The notes under the pieces: model-generated
What the model saw: only the letters and a program-made list of their open reading frames with translations
The model's database searches: none
Told to the model about the DNA's origin: nothing
Part shown: piece by piece, positions 43,718 through 57,439 of the stretch
How positions within the stretch are numbered: the first letter of the stretch is position 1
Layout: each line of letters opens with the position of its first letter
Assembly: GCF_009914755.1 (NCBI RefSeq)
Contig: NC_060932.1
DNA length: 64,000 bases
Strand: one strand, 5' to 3'
DNA from: the human T2T-CHM13v2.0 reference genome, Homo sapiens
Program-made: the position numbers and the translations under genes

Positions 43718-44649
43718 GGCTAATATTCAGAATCTACAACGAACTTAAACAAATTTATAAGAAAAAAACAACCCCATCCAAAAGTGGGCAAATGATATAA
43801 ACAGACATTTCTCAAAAGACATTTATGCACCCAACAGACACATGAAAAAACGCTCATCATCACTGCTCATTAGAGAAATGCAAATCAAAACCACAATGAG
43901 ATACCATCTCACGCCAGTTAGAATGGTGATCATTAAAAAGTCAGGAAACAACAGATGCTGGAGAGGATGTGGAGAAATAGGAACGCTTTTACACTGTTGG
44001 TGGGAGTGTAAATTAGTTCAACCATTGGTGAAGACAGTGTGGTGATCCCTCAAGGATCTAGAACTAGAAATACCATTTAACCCAGTGATCCCATTACTGG
44101 GTATATACCCAAAGGATTATAAATCATGCTACTGTAAAGACACATGCACACGTATGTTTATTGCGGCACTATTCACAACAGCAAAGACTTGGAACCAACC
44201 CAAACGTCCATCAATAAGAGACTAGATAAAGAAAACGTGGCACATATACACCATGGAATACTATGCAGCCATATAAATGATGAGTTCAAGTCCTTTGTAG
44301 GGACATGGATGAAGCTGGAAACCATCATTCTCAGCAAACTATCACAAGGAAAGAAAACCAAACACCGCATGTTCTCACTCATAGGTGGGAATTGAACAAT
44401 GAGAAGACATGGACACAGGAAGGGGAACATCACACACCAGGGCCTGTCGGGGGGTGGGGGGCTGGGGGAGGGATAGCATTAGGAGAAATGCCTAATGCAA
44501 ATGATAAGTTGATGGGTGCAGCACATCAACATGGCACATGTATACCTATGTAAGAAACCTGCACGTTGGGCACTTGTACCCTAGAACTTAAAGTATAGTA
44601 AAAATAAATAAAATAAAAAGGAAGCTTGAAGATTCCTGAAAAAAAAAAA
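43718..44649 (+). mobile_element. 5'-truncated L1PA (approx. PA6-8): ORF2 C-terminal remnant, 3' UTR and double tail
   Basis: ORF 43842-44045 encodes the L1 ORF2 C-terminus ([10 protein letters not shown]...[16 protein letters not shown]); TSD aagtt(c/t)ctgccctattta at 43700-43717 and 44648-44665. Confidence 0.95.
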
Positions 44650-45169
44650 GTTTCTGCCCTATTTAATAGTCAATGAAAGGGAGGAGATATCAGTGAACCA
44701 GATTATCATGAGTTCTGAAACAAGAGCGAGATTCCTAAGCACTCGCTATGCATCGTAGAATGTTTCCAGTGCTTAAATTAACCGCCTGACTTCATCAGAA
44801 GTGGCTATTTTTATCCGTTTTACAGATGAGGAAGTTGAGGCTTGGAGGAGTCAGTGACTTGCTAAAACGTCTCATGGCTAAGAACTGACAGACCCTAGAG
44901 TTTGCTGGGACTCAGTGTTTCCATCTAAAGCAAGAATGCCCATCTCCCCCAACCCTTCAGTAGGGGAGGAGAACACATCACCTGCAGGCATTTGCTGGGT
45001 GCTTACTGTGTTCCAGGTACCTCGCATACACACAACACTCGAGGTAACTCTCACCCCAATTTTACAGAGGTAGAAGCTGCAGCTCAAAGAGATGAAGTCG
45101 CTGGCCCCGGATGACGCAGCTAGCGTGCAGCCGAGTCAAGATTCACTCCCTGGTCTTCCACTTCAGATA

Positions 45170-45521
45170 CAGGTCAGGTATCCCCTAACTGAAATGCTCA
45201 GGACCAGAAACATCTCCAATTTTTTTTTTTTCGCATTTTGGAATATCTGCATATACATAATGAGCTATCTTTGGGATGGGACCCAAGTCTAAACATGAAA
45301 TACATTTATGTTTCATATATACCTTATCCACATAGCCTGAAGGTAACTGTATATGATACTTTTGATAATCTGGTGTCTGAAACAAAGTCTTGACTGCATT
45401 TTGACTGTGACCCATCCCATGAAGTCAGGTGTGGAATTTTCCACTTGTGGCGTCATGCAAGTGCTCAAAAAGTTTCGGATTTGGCAGCATTTTGGATTTC
45501 AAGTTAGGGATGCCCGATCTG
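45170..45521. mobile_element. Tigger4/MER46-type (Zombi) MITE
   Basis: caggtcaggtatcccctaactgaaatgct...gggatgggacccaagtctaaac...ttagggatgcccgatctg. Confidence 0.75.
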
Positions 45522-46513
45522 CACAACTGTTCATTCCAGCATACCACAGGGCCACAAGAGAGGCACGGCAATGGCTCAGCAACTAGATTTGGGCAATGAG
45601 AGGGGAGAATGGGAGGGAAGGAGAGAAAGGCAGAAAGGGCAAGGGGGCAGGGCGCTACAGATGCAGAGCAGGCCACCAGGATACCCAGAGCAGCGGCATG
45701 GTGCAGAGACACACACAAAGAGGCCTGGTTGCAGGCAGACGGGCAGCCTCCCGCAGCCAAGCCCGAGTGTCCGGCAGAGAGGAGCCCTGAGCTGTCTTTC
45801 CCTGAAGGTGCCTCTGTGGACACAGCTGCCCGCAGCAGCCCCAGCAGACCGGTTAGGACACTAGTCCTGAGCTGTGACGCTATCTGTCTGCCTTGAGTTT
45901 CCGGCTTACCACTCTATTTCTGTAAATTATACTGAGCTGTACCGAGAGAATCCAGGCGAAACTGAGAATGAGTGAAATACTGAGGTTTCTCTTTCAAGAA
46001 TGAGTGATTCAGGGGACAGCCACAGCCTGCCACCCTGCTTCTTCCCTCCCCTCCTGCCACTCCCTGAACTCACACTCAGCCTCATGCCTAGGCTCCGGCC
46101 CTACTGAACTGCTCGTGTTTGCCCCAAACCAGCACGTGGTGTCAGCCCCCTGCTTCTCCACATGCTGCTTGCGTGGAAGGCTTTTCTACGTACTCTAATC
46201 TAGGCCAGTACTGCTTCCTTTATTGATCTGCTGATTACACTGAGTGCCTTAAGGACAGTACCTATCTTATTTGATCTGTATTTCCAGAACTAAGTCCAGT
46301 GCTTAATACATAATAGGTGCTCAGTAAATATTAAATAAATGAATGAAAGATCAACAAACTATATCGCCTGTCCACGCTGCAAAATAATTCAGTTGAGGGG
46401 AAGAGGGCAGACTCAAAAGCATGAAGCTCTGTGAGGTGGATGGTGGTCATGGTTGCACAGCAATGTGAATGCGCTTCTTGCCGCTGAACTCCTCACTTAA
46501 AAATGGTTACAGG

Positions 46514-46806
46514 GGCCGGCACAGTGGCTCATGCTGTGTTCCCAGCACTTTGGGAGGCTGAGGCACAAGAATTGCTTCAGTCCAGGAGTTTGAGACCAGC
46601 CTGGGCAATAGGCTAAGACCTCATCTCTACAAGAAAATATTTTTTTAATTAGCCAGGCATGGTGGCACACACTTGTAGTCCTAGATACTTGGGAGACTGA
46701 GGTGGGAGGATTGCTTGAGCCCAGGAGTTCAAGACTGTAGTTAGCTATAATTGCACCACCATACTCCAGTCTGGGCAACAGAGCAAGACCCTGTCTCAAA
46801 AAAAAA
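46514..46806 (+). mobile_element. AluJ inserted in an L1MB tail (L1 about 46425-46870)
   Basis: J-type diagnostics (gggaggattgcttgagcccaggagttcaagactg); the flanks continue an L1MB tail (ggttgcacagcaatgtgaatg / atggtaaattttac). Confidence 0.88.
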
Positions 46807-48899
46807 GAAATTATTACAATGGTAAATTTTACATTATTTGTATTCTACCACAATTTTTTAAAATAATTTTTTAAAAACATAGTCCACACTCTTTCAGCTC
46901 TGGAGACCTGCCCAGTTCCTGCAAGAAGGTGGCAGCTATGCACGCAGAGGGCTTGCCAACCACCAGTCCCGCCAGCCCTGTGCAGAGCTGCTACCCACTC
47001 CACAGCCCCCACTCCAGGGCCATCAACCCTCAGCTCCAGAAGCACAGCAGCTTGGTCTGCCTCACGGTGACTTTCAAAGCCAAATTCCTCGAGTTTCTAA
47101 CTTGGGCTGTGAGTGCCTTGTAGTGAGGGACTAGTCTCTCCCAATGCCCATAACCTAGCCTGCAGTCCTGGGCCTAGTCAGCATTCAGCAGAAAACAACA
47201 GTAGCTGCCGGACATGGAGCAGAGATTCTGTGTCCAGTTTTCTGGATGGTATTGCCATTTTCCACCAAAGCGAATCAATTCCAAGTCTGCTGCTATCTGA
47301 GTGCCGAATGAAATAATGAATAACTGAATGAAGCGCTGAATGAATGACTTTGGTGGGAAACGGAGAGGGTGGCGGGCAGATGGACCAGACAGGGGAACGC
47401 TGTGCGGTGCATCTCACATGGCAGCCAGCATCTAGGGAAACGTCTGAGTCCAGAAATCAGTTCAGCCTGACTATACCTTCAGAATACATCCAGATTTCCC
47501 AATAGTTATTGTAGCCTTTGTTTCAATAAATTGCCTTTCAAGGGAGATAAGGGGGAGGGGAGGGGACTCAGAATAGAATTATTCATTCAGGTCTCCAAAC
47601 ATGGATAAGGTCAATGCAAAAGCCTATTAACTCCAGGAGCAAGAAGAGAGTTGTAAAAAGAGAACTGACTTACAAACTATATTTTAAAAAGAAGGTTTAG
47701 CATTAATTAACAAATGGAAAGGAGGAGAAATTTTTAGAGAAACTAAAAATATCTCACCTAATAAAAGAATTGCTAATTTAACTCGTTCGTGAAGACAAGA
47801 TACAAAAAGTTTAGAAGGAGTAAAATCTCTATGCTGTGTAGCTTTTATTAAAATATGTGGCAGACAAATGGGGAGAAGTCACCCAGCACCCACATGTACT
47901 CAGCAAACACAGCGACCACCCCCACAAGCCAGGGCGGCTCCAGGCAGTGGGGACACGGAGATGCACGAGAGCCACACCTCATCTTTGACTCATTCTCTCC
48001 CAATGCTTACAACCAAACTTCACAAAAGAGGGACTGCATCTGCTGCTCACTGTACCCCAGTGGCTCCTCAGCACATAATTTGGCTTCTGCCCATAAACTC
48101 TATAGAAACTTCCCCTAAAAATTTCCTAAGTCGTCAACAAATCCACATTGCCAAATTCAGGGGCTATTTTTCACATTTCTCCTGCTGGGTCTCCCTGCTA
48201 TTAATCGTGTATATCTTTTCTGGACAATGCCTTGGTTTCTGCCACCCATCCTTCTTCCTTCTTCCTCTTCAGGCTCTTCTGTGAACAGCTCTGCATTTTC
48301 CCATCCCTCAGACGCTGGGATGCAGAATTCAGCAATGGCCCAATTTCCTCTCCCACAGGATCATGCCTTGAGTGGCTGCTGCCATTCTGTGGCTGTCTTC
48401 TCCCCTGCCTGGTACTAACAGCCATGTCTCTGTCTCTAGCTCAGACTTGGCTGGACAGCTAGGCATGGTCTCCTGGGCCTCCGTGCAGCACAGGCCCACA
48501 GCCTCAGCGAGTCCAGGTGGAACTCCGCATGGGCCTGCCACTCTTCCCTCCATCCACAGCCACACAAGTCAGGAACCAAAATCCACCCCGCCATGTCCTG
48601 CCAATCCCTGATGTGTGTCCATTTTATCACCTGAATGTCCCCCGTATACAGCCTCTCCTGCCCATACCTAACTCCTGGCTCAAGCCCGCATCATCTCTCA
48701 CCCCCACCAGCAGCAGCCCCTGCCTCTCTCTAGTCTAGCATGAGCAGGCTGCTGGGATGATGGGGCCACAATACCTGGCCTTGCTCGTAATAAGGTAATG
48801 CCTTATGTGTAAGTACTTACTATGCACTAGGAAATGTGCCAAATGTTTTAATGGATAAACAGATTCAATGCCAACACTCCCTTTATAAAATGAGTACTA

Positions 48900-49349
<450 letters not shown>

Positions 49350-49350
<1 letters not shown>

Positions 49351-49487
49351 AAAAGAAAAAGAAATGAAAGAAAGGGAAGGGAAGAGGAGGGGAAGGGAAG
49401 GGGGAAGGAGGGAGGGGAAGGGGGCAAGGAGGGAAGGGAAGCAAAGGGGAGGGGGGGATGCGGGGAAGGAGGGAAGGGAAGGGAAGA
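49350..49487. repeat. Purine-rich (GGAAG/GGGA)n low-complexity tract
   Basis: Directly visible; it continues from the Alu tail. Confidence 0.9.
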
Positions 49488-52039
49488 ACTACCATTATCT
49501 TCATTTGACTGATGAGGAAGCTGAAGTCCATAGAGCTCAAGTATCTTACCTGAGATTATCTGCAAGGCAGGAGCAGAGCCACAGTTCAAACCAAAGCAAC
49601 CTGCCCGGAGCCCAGGCTATCAGCCACTCTATCCTGGTGCCTCTGCCTACCTCCCCAGAATCATCCCTCACCCCTCACTGTACCCACCCCTGATATGACC
49701 CAGTGAGACCCAACTGCTTCCTACGTCTGCACTTTTCTCTGCTCACGCTGCTGCCTCTGCTAAGCGCCATGATCCTGCCTCCCTCGATGTCTGGAGCAGC
49801 CAGGGTGCCCTGACTGTCCATGCTGCCCATAACTCCTCCAGGAGCCCCGCCTGCATGCACCGCAGCACACTCTGCATATGTGCACCTACGACCAGGTGGT
49901 GTGGAGTCCAGCTGGAATAGCAACCTCAGTGCGATAACACTCATCATGATGCCCAAAAGCCATGACCGAAAGCTCCCCAAAATCAACCCCTGTGCAATAA
50001 CGCATGCCCATCAGGTCCCATGGTTCCCTTCCCAGCAGCCTGGCTGGGCATCAGCAGTGAGTGCCATCACACCAATATCCAGATGTGAGCTTAGACCAAC
50101 AAAACTCAACTGGAAAGAAGAGAAGCCAGAAAAGGTGATCTCCCTCCAGCCCTAACCCTCTAGGGTGCCAAATGCAACAATGATTGAAAAGTCGTTCCTC
50201 CTGGAAGGCCATGCTCTCAGTCACACCCAGGGTCGGGACCGGAGTGGACACATGGTCCTCACCTCCAGGGAGCTCAAGCTCCCACAGGGAGTCAGGATTG
50301 TGAACACACACAGGAGCGTGTGCAAGCAGTCCGACAGAATATGGTTAAAGAAGGGAGGGAAGGCATGAGTATCATGAGTATTGTTTCTAGGGAAATATTT
50401 TCCCCAGACATCTCAGGGTCTGGCAACATGTGTGAGAAGATCCTCCACTCCTCCAGCATGAGGAATTTCAGATACTGAGCTGGGGTCTGGAAGGTCACAC
50501 GCAGCAAGAAAGCAAGCAGGCAGCTCTGCGGAATGGGAGTGCTGGTTTCTAGACACCTGCACCTAGAGCTTAGCCAACTTGCCTATCCGTCTTTTTCTTC
50601 CAAATGTGTATACAGCCTCCTCATCCAGTGAAAGAATGGCAGTTGCCACATCTGAAGCCCTGCACTGGGCCTAGGCCTGACATGTTGCCCCACTCCCTCC
50701 CAGCTGAGCCAAGAACTGGTGCTGCCTCCACTCAACAGTTGGGGAGAGAAAGCAACTTGTCCTCCACCTCCCAGTGAGCATCATTGCTACTTAGCTTGCT
50801 CGAATGCAAAACGCATGATCTCGCCATTATAGTACTGAAGACCAAAAAAGGTAGCTGAATCAATCAGACAGGAGTATTCACTGGCAGCTGCCTGTATTTT
50901 CACAATGGTACCAGGTCACACAGGACACAGAAGAATCTAAGTGACAGTTCATAGCTTTCAAAAAAAAAAAAACTTGTTAACAATCAGTTTGAGATCAGAG
51001 TATGCAGGATTCATGTCAATATCCATGTGACACAGAGCACAGGAATAAAGAAAGAGCTAAGGCTCTTGGGACATAAGCAGGACACTGACAATTAGGTAAA
51101 GGATTAATGGTGGTGCCACAGATTTTTATAAGAGGATTTCAAAAATAGGGGTGAAGTGGTTTAAGGACTGAGATAGGAAGGGGAAAAAACACCTCTGCAC
51201 ACACACCACACGCCAAAAGCACATGAGGTACTTTGCACACCACAGCACCCCTCTGAATCCTCACAACAGTCCTCGGAAAGCCATCACCATCCTCACCTGA
51301 CAAGGGTGGAAACGGAGGTTCTGAGGGCTGACTGAGGCCACACAGCTGGCAGCAGCTGGAATGACTCTCAAGCCTATGTCTGACTGGCAAAAAGACAGCT
51401 TCACCTTTAGACATGTGGTAGTTATAGGAACATGAAGGTATGTGAATGGGAATATCTCAAAGAAAATTGGAAATGTAAGAGGAAAGCTCAAGTACGAAGA
51501 TGGGGCTGATGATGAGTTTTAAGCTCCCGCTATTTCATAGGCATGAATATGTATTTCTCTTTCTTTCATTTCTAAAGCAAAAGGCCACACGAAAGCTGAC
51601 CCAGTACTTCTACAAAGAAACGACAGTAATTAAATGGGAACATCTCCATTTTCTCGATGATTAACTGAAGGGAAAGCATCCCTCTCACAGGAGGGTTCTG
51701 CTCTGAATGAACCTGCTCAAAGAGCAACGGTAACTCCGGCACCCAGAAAATATGCATTATGGATAAAAGGAGAAGTTAAAGTTTTGCAGAAATCTATGCA
51801 GCAACTGTATGAAATGTGGCATATGGCTGTATGTCAGACACATGGACGAGACTAAAAAAGATGCCAAGCCATCATCTCCCACTCCCCAAACCCCAGCTTT
51901 CTCCTCTATCAGGTAACTTGCTCAATAACGAGATGCACTGACAATGAGGTAGTTAAAGGTATCTAGGTATCTTATTAGTGTGGCAACTTTGTCATTTTGT
52001 CATCACGTACTTTGATCATTTCAAAGTGATCAGGATGAT

Positions 52040-52368
52040 TTTTAAAATTTGTCAATAACATATCGAAGGTGACATTGGCATAATGTAAGATTAACCATTC
52101 TCCAGTGACGAATGGTTCGGCAGCCTTCAGTGCATTCACAATGTTATGCAACCACCTCTATCCAATTCTAAAACATTTTTTTAACCCAAAAGGAAACCCT
52201 ATACCCATTTAGCAGCTGATGCCCCTTCTCCCCACCCAGGACCTGAAAATCACCAATCTGCATTCTGTCTCTATGGATTTTCCTGTTCTGAATGTTTCCT
52301 ATAAACGGAATCATACATACTTTCACTTCCCTTCTCTCACTTAGCCTGTTCTCAAGGCTCATGGATGC
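52040..52368 (-). mobile_element. L1MB 3' terminal fragment (left arm of inverted duplication)
   Basis: Antisense L1MB tail; 52180-52368 is the reverse complement of 53435-53623. Confidence 0.88.
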
Positions 52369-53024
52369 TGAGTAACTGCTGCTAGCACGAGTTAGGAGGG
52401 CTCTTTGATGATTCCTCGCTGTCCTCAGAGTGAAGTCTGTTTTCCTTTGGAATTTCTTGCTGTCATGTCTGGTCCTCCCTCGAAGGCAAGGACAGACGGA
52501 TTGAGGGCCAGGAGAGGTGGTGCTGCCTGAGTGACCAGTGTCCAGGGGAACAGGCCTGGGGCCAGGCCATCCAGATGTGGGGTGCATTTCACTCTCTCCA
52601 GCTTCATGCTTTCCCTCCCCAAAATGATTTTTCTCCACAACCCACAGATCTTTTATGCATTGAATAGTTATTGTGTCTCCTTCACTAGAGGGTAAGTTCT
52701 ATGGGGAGATGCACCAGAATTTGTTTACTGCTCTCTGCTCCTATTTTGACATAGTAGGCTTTTAATAAATGCCTGTTGAATGAGTGACTGGATGCTGGAG
52801 GTTCTGACACAAACTGTTTTCGAGGGGCTCGCGGTCCCCTGGAAGGACAGGCAGATGAACCAACATGCATGAGGTAAGCAAGGGGGAAATATGAGCCCAG
52901 AGGAGCCTGTACATCTCTGAGGAAGCTGGGAAAAATTCATTTATTTTTAAGTAAATAAAAATAAAATTGCTATTAGTTTTTTACAGTGAACATAGATAAT
53001 ATTTGAAATAAAAAATAGTTATTG

Positions 53025-53623
53025 AGTGCAAATCAAAACCACAGTGAAGCACCACTTCACATCCACTAGGATGGCTACAATAACACAGCTGGGAGGTAAC
53101 AAGTGTTGGTAAGGGTGTGGAGAATTCAGAACCCTCGCGCATGACTGGCGGAAATGGAAAATGCTTCAGCTGCTGTCGAATACAGCTCCTCAAACGGTTC
53201 AACAGAGAGTCAGCCTAGGATCCAGCAATTCCACGGAGAGGTACAGACCCAAGAGGATGGAAAACAGGCATCCAAGCAAATACATGCACACACATGTTCA
53301 CAGTAACCCGAAGGTGGAAACAGCCCAGGTGGCCATCGACAGATGATTGGACAAACAGAATGCAGATGTGGAAGGGCAGTACGATGACATATTGTCCAGC
53401 CACGAGAAGGAAGGAAGCACTGATGCTCAGCACGGCATCTATGAGCCTTGAGAACAGGCTAAGTGAGAGAAGGGAAGTGAAAGTGTATATGATTCCGTTT
53501 ATAGGAAACATTCAGAATAGGAAAATCTATAGAGACAGAATGCAGATTGGTGGTTTTCAGAGCCGGGGTCGGGAGGAGGAGGATCGGCTGCTAGATGGGT
53601 ATAGGGTTTCCTTTTCGGTTGAA
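53025..53623 (+). mobile_element. L1MB fragment lacking its 3' terminus (right arm of inverted duplication)
   Basis: gcaaatcaaaaccacagtga...ggatccagcaattccac...ccatcgacagatga...atagggtttccttt. Confidence 0.88.
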
Positions 53624-53848
53624 GCTGTACCCTCAACCTCCCGGGCTCAACTGATCCTCCCACCTCAGCCTCCTGAATAGCTGGGACTACAGGTGTGCAC
53701 CGCCATGCTCAGCTAGTTTCTGCATTTTCTGTAGAGACGGGGTTTCACCATGTTGCCTAGGGTGACCTCAAACTCCTGGACTCAAGAATTCCACCTACCT
53801 TGGCCTCCAGAAGTGCTGGGACTACAGGTGTGAGCCACTGTGCCCTGC
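53624..53848 (-). mobile_element. AluJ-like element missing its 3' end and tail
   Basis: Starts mid right arm (cctcaacctcccgggctcaa...atcctcccacctcagcc) directly at the L1 junction. Confidence 0.85.
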
Positions 53849-56155
53849 TATATATGAGTCTTTTACATGACTTTTTAAAAGCATTTTATTGGAAGCAATA
53901 AAATTATTATATAAATGTTCTTTTATTGCTGTTTTAACAAACAGAAGCCCTATCAGGATGCTCATAATCTGTGATTTCTGGAAGTGGCAGTGGGGTGAGG
54001 ACAGCTGGAGTTGCTGTATGACCATGTCCTCTATGTCACACATGTGAGAGCCATGATCTCTAATTTCTGTTGGATGCTATACTAGGCACCCTCCATAATC
54101 CTGAAATCACTCTACCAAAGGAGACAGTATCATGTCTGTTCTCTAGATTAAGAAACTAAGTTCACAGAAGGAAAATGATCTTCCAAAGGCTGCTCAGCCA
54201 ATAAGCAAAAGAGCCCCAACAGGAAGCCAGGTGTGTCTGATCCCAAATTCCACATCCTCTTTGCCTGTGGCCTCTCTGAAACACTTGTTGAGAATCTGAC
54301 ACATGCCAAGGGTTGTGGGAGAAAGGTAGAAAAATAGTCTTTACCTCTCAGGAACTTGAAACCCAATTAGGGGGACATATAGACATCCCACTCTGGTCTA
54401 TAACAGAATGAGCTACAGAGACTCAAGGAGGCATGAAGAAGGCTCACTGGGAAACTGATGAGGATCAGAAAGAGCCTTAGAAAAGCAGTCTCAGGAGCAC
54501 TCTTTGAAGGAAAGCAAGGACGACGTGGTTGTTTTATAGCCCAACATGAGCTCACTCCTCTTCTGGTCACAACACCCTCATTTCCCTCTAGAGAACTACC
54601 CAGCTCCAGCGCTACTCCTGTGCTGGGGTGAGAATGGCCAGGCCTGCAGCCTCACAGGTAGATCTCAGACTCAGGCCTAGCCAGCCCCAGCCTCCAAGAA
54701 CCTCGGGCAGGTGACTGGGTCGTGAAGAGGTGGGTCAGAGGTTTTTCAATGAAGACAGAGAAGTGCACACTATTTTCTCATCATCCCACCTGGAAAACAC
54801 CAGCCTGACACCTGGCCAGCCACATTCCTGCCACCTGGAGCCTAAGAATGACATCAAGTTGCGAGAAACAGGTTAGAGAGTTGAGAGATGATGTCTGAAA
54901 CTGAAAACAAACCTCCATCTGCACTTTCCCATTAAATGAGCTGATAAATGACCTCTTCTGAATATACCACTTAGAGCTGGGGTTGGGCATTTCTGGATCT
55001 CTGGCTAAACAACCAAAATATCCTCTTCAATCTTAATATTCTTATGCATAAACATTACAGAGACCAAAAAAATACCTATCTCACTATAGACAGAAACAGA
55101 TTGGTGACAGCATATATAGGTAAAGAAAAATACTCTTTTAAAAGAAGAAACAATTAGTAAATAAATGCTGCAACTTTATTTATTCACCCATCCATTGAAA
55201 ATATTAAAATTTTACTGTATGTATAAAATGGAACATCATCTAGGCCACTGCTGAAGACTAAGTTCTCAGGAAGAACATACCTGTAAAACATATCCTCTAA
55301 GTCATTGAGGGTCTTTGTGATTCTCTATGCTTACAGCTATGTCCTGTTAGATCTTACAAGACTTATTTACAGCAAGAATCACAAACAGCAAGGGATAAAA
55401 GTACCTGTCGAGTCAAAGCGCACCAAGAGCTGAGGTCCTCTGCCATGCAGCTTCTTCCACTCTCGAGCCCCCAGCACCTGCACTGCCTGGCAGTGCATCT
55501 GAGGGGGACAAAGGGACCCCGTGGACCCGTAGGAGGAAAAAATTGGGAGAACTCCAAGTCCATATTCCTGAGATGCCCCCATGCTCTACTCCAGTGCCAT
55601 GCTAATATTTATACTTTTTAGTGCATTCAAAGCAGGACTCTGGGGTAGGAGTATGGCCGCACCAACCAAGGCACTGTGCAGGAATCACCGAGGGTGCTAG
55701 GGGTCACCATTCGGAACATAAGGGCTCTGTCTTGAGGAGTATCTGGCGGCGTGAGGAGGGCAGAAAAGCAACAGAAAATGACAACTGCTATGGGTGCCGC
55801 AGGTACTCTGAGCCAGGCTCGGAGAAAGGCTGAGTTCGTATCTGAAGGCTAAGCAAATACATAATAGAAATTCAGTGCAGTAATTGCTCCCACTCAAGTA
55901 TGTGCCAACTGCTGTGGCCACACAAAGGAAGAACTGTCTCTTTATTCAGGAGGAAGGGCAGGCAGAGGCTGTGGCATTGCACTGGACCAGAAAGCATGAG
56001 CACCTGTGGAGCACAGCAACGTGAAACAGAGCACTCTGAGCACACAGGGAGGACTCCCCAGAGACGGGAAGAGATACAATTAAAAGCCAGGATGGTATCG
56101 GATTGAAAAAGGACCATGATGTCAGTTTCAACTAGTTCTGGACAACAGAGGAGGT

Positions 56156-56375
56156 TTAAACTACCTCTGGACAATGGAGGGGGAGTTAAACTACCTATGG
56201 GCAATGGAGGGGGGTTAAACTACCTGTGGGCAATGGAGGGGGGTTAAACTACCTCTGGGCAATGGAGGGGGGTTAAACTACCTCTGGGCAATGGAGGGGG
56301 GTTAAACTACCTCTGGACAATGGAGGGGGAGTTAAACTACCTCTGACAGTGGACAGGGGGTTAAACTACCTCTGG
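56156..56375. repeat. 29/30-bp G-rich minisatellite (TTAAACTACCTCTGGRCAATGGAGGGGG(A)G) x ~7.5
   Basis: Directly visible; degenerate units flank both ends (56126-56155, 56376-56398). Confidence 0.96.
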
Positions 56376-57084
56376 AGTTTACAATGGAGGAGACTTAAGA
56401 AAGGAACAGCCTACTTGAGTTTTATGAGAGCTACAATCGCAGCAGCAGCAGCAGCAGCTGACACTTCCTGACACTCAGAAATGCCGCACACTGTGCTAAA
56501 TGCTTTGAGTTTAGAAAGTTTCCAGCACACAGGAAGCAGCAATAACATTACCTATTACTATTATTAAAAATAATTCTCCTAACCAACCTACAAGAAAAGT
56601 ACTATCATTCCCAAATTTATAGGGGAGAAAACTGTGATTCGGTGAGATTCCTTTGACCATGGTCAACAGCTACCAAGTGCTCAGGTCCAATTACATGACT
56701 GCACACACTGTCTCTGAGCCACTACACTTGTTGGCTGTCCAGTGTAGAATGAAATGGAGGGAAGATACTGAAGCTGGTGGCTGGTTAAAAAGCTGCACAA
56801 TACCTGTGGTCAAAGCCTGAGATCATGGGGCCCTAAGCATGAGACAGTAGCTATGGAGACAGACACTGAGAAGATAAGCAGAGATAATGCTACTGCTGTT
56901 CCATAGGGTCTGCATTTGTACTAGGTTTTATACTGACGTATGCACAACCCATTAACTGATAACAGCTTTCAATTAATAGTCTACAAGACTACTACAAGAA
57001 TTACCAGGAAGGAGAGAACCAAGATGGAACAGATGGGGCAGTGGAATCACAAACTAGAACTCTTGGATTAAAGACATCTTCTGT

Positions 57085-57439
<355 letters not shown>

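Noticed and set aside
43842-44553. ORFs resembling a reverse-transcriptase protein C-terminus
   Set aside because: Disrupted L1 ORF2 remnant in a 5'-truncated element; not a functional CDS.
55270-55295. AG|GT recursive-splice-like site (ttttacag|gtatgt; similar at ~176)
   Set aside because: The pyrimidine tracts are short, and such motifs are expected by chance in 64 kb.
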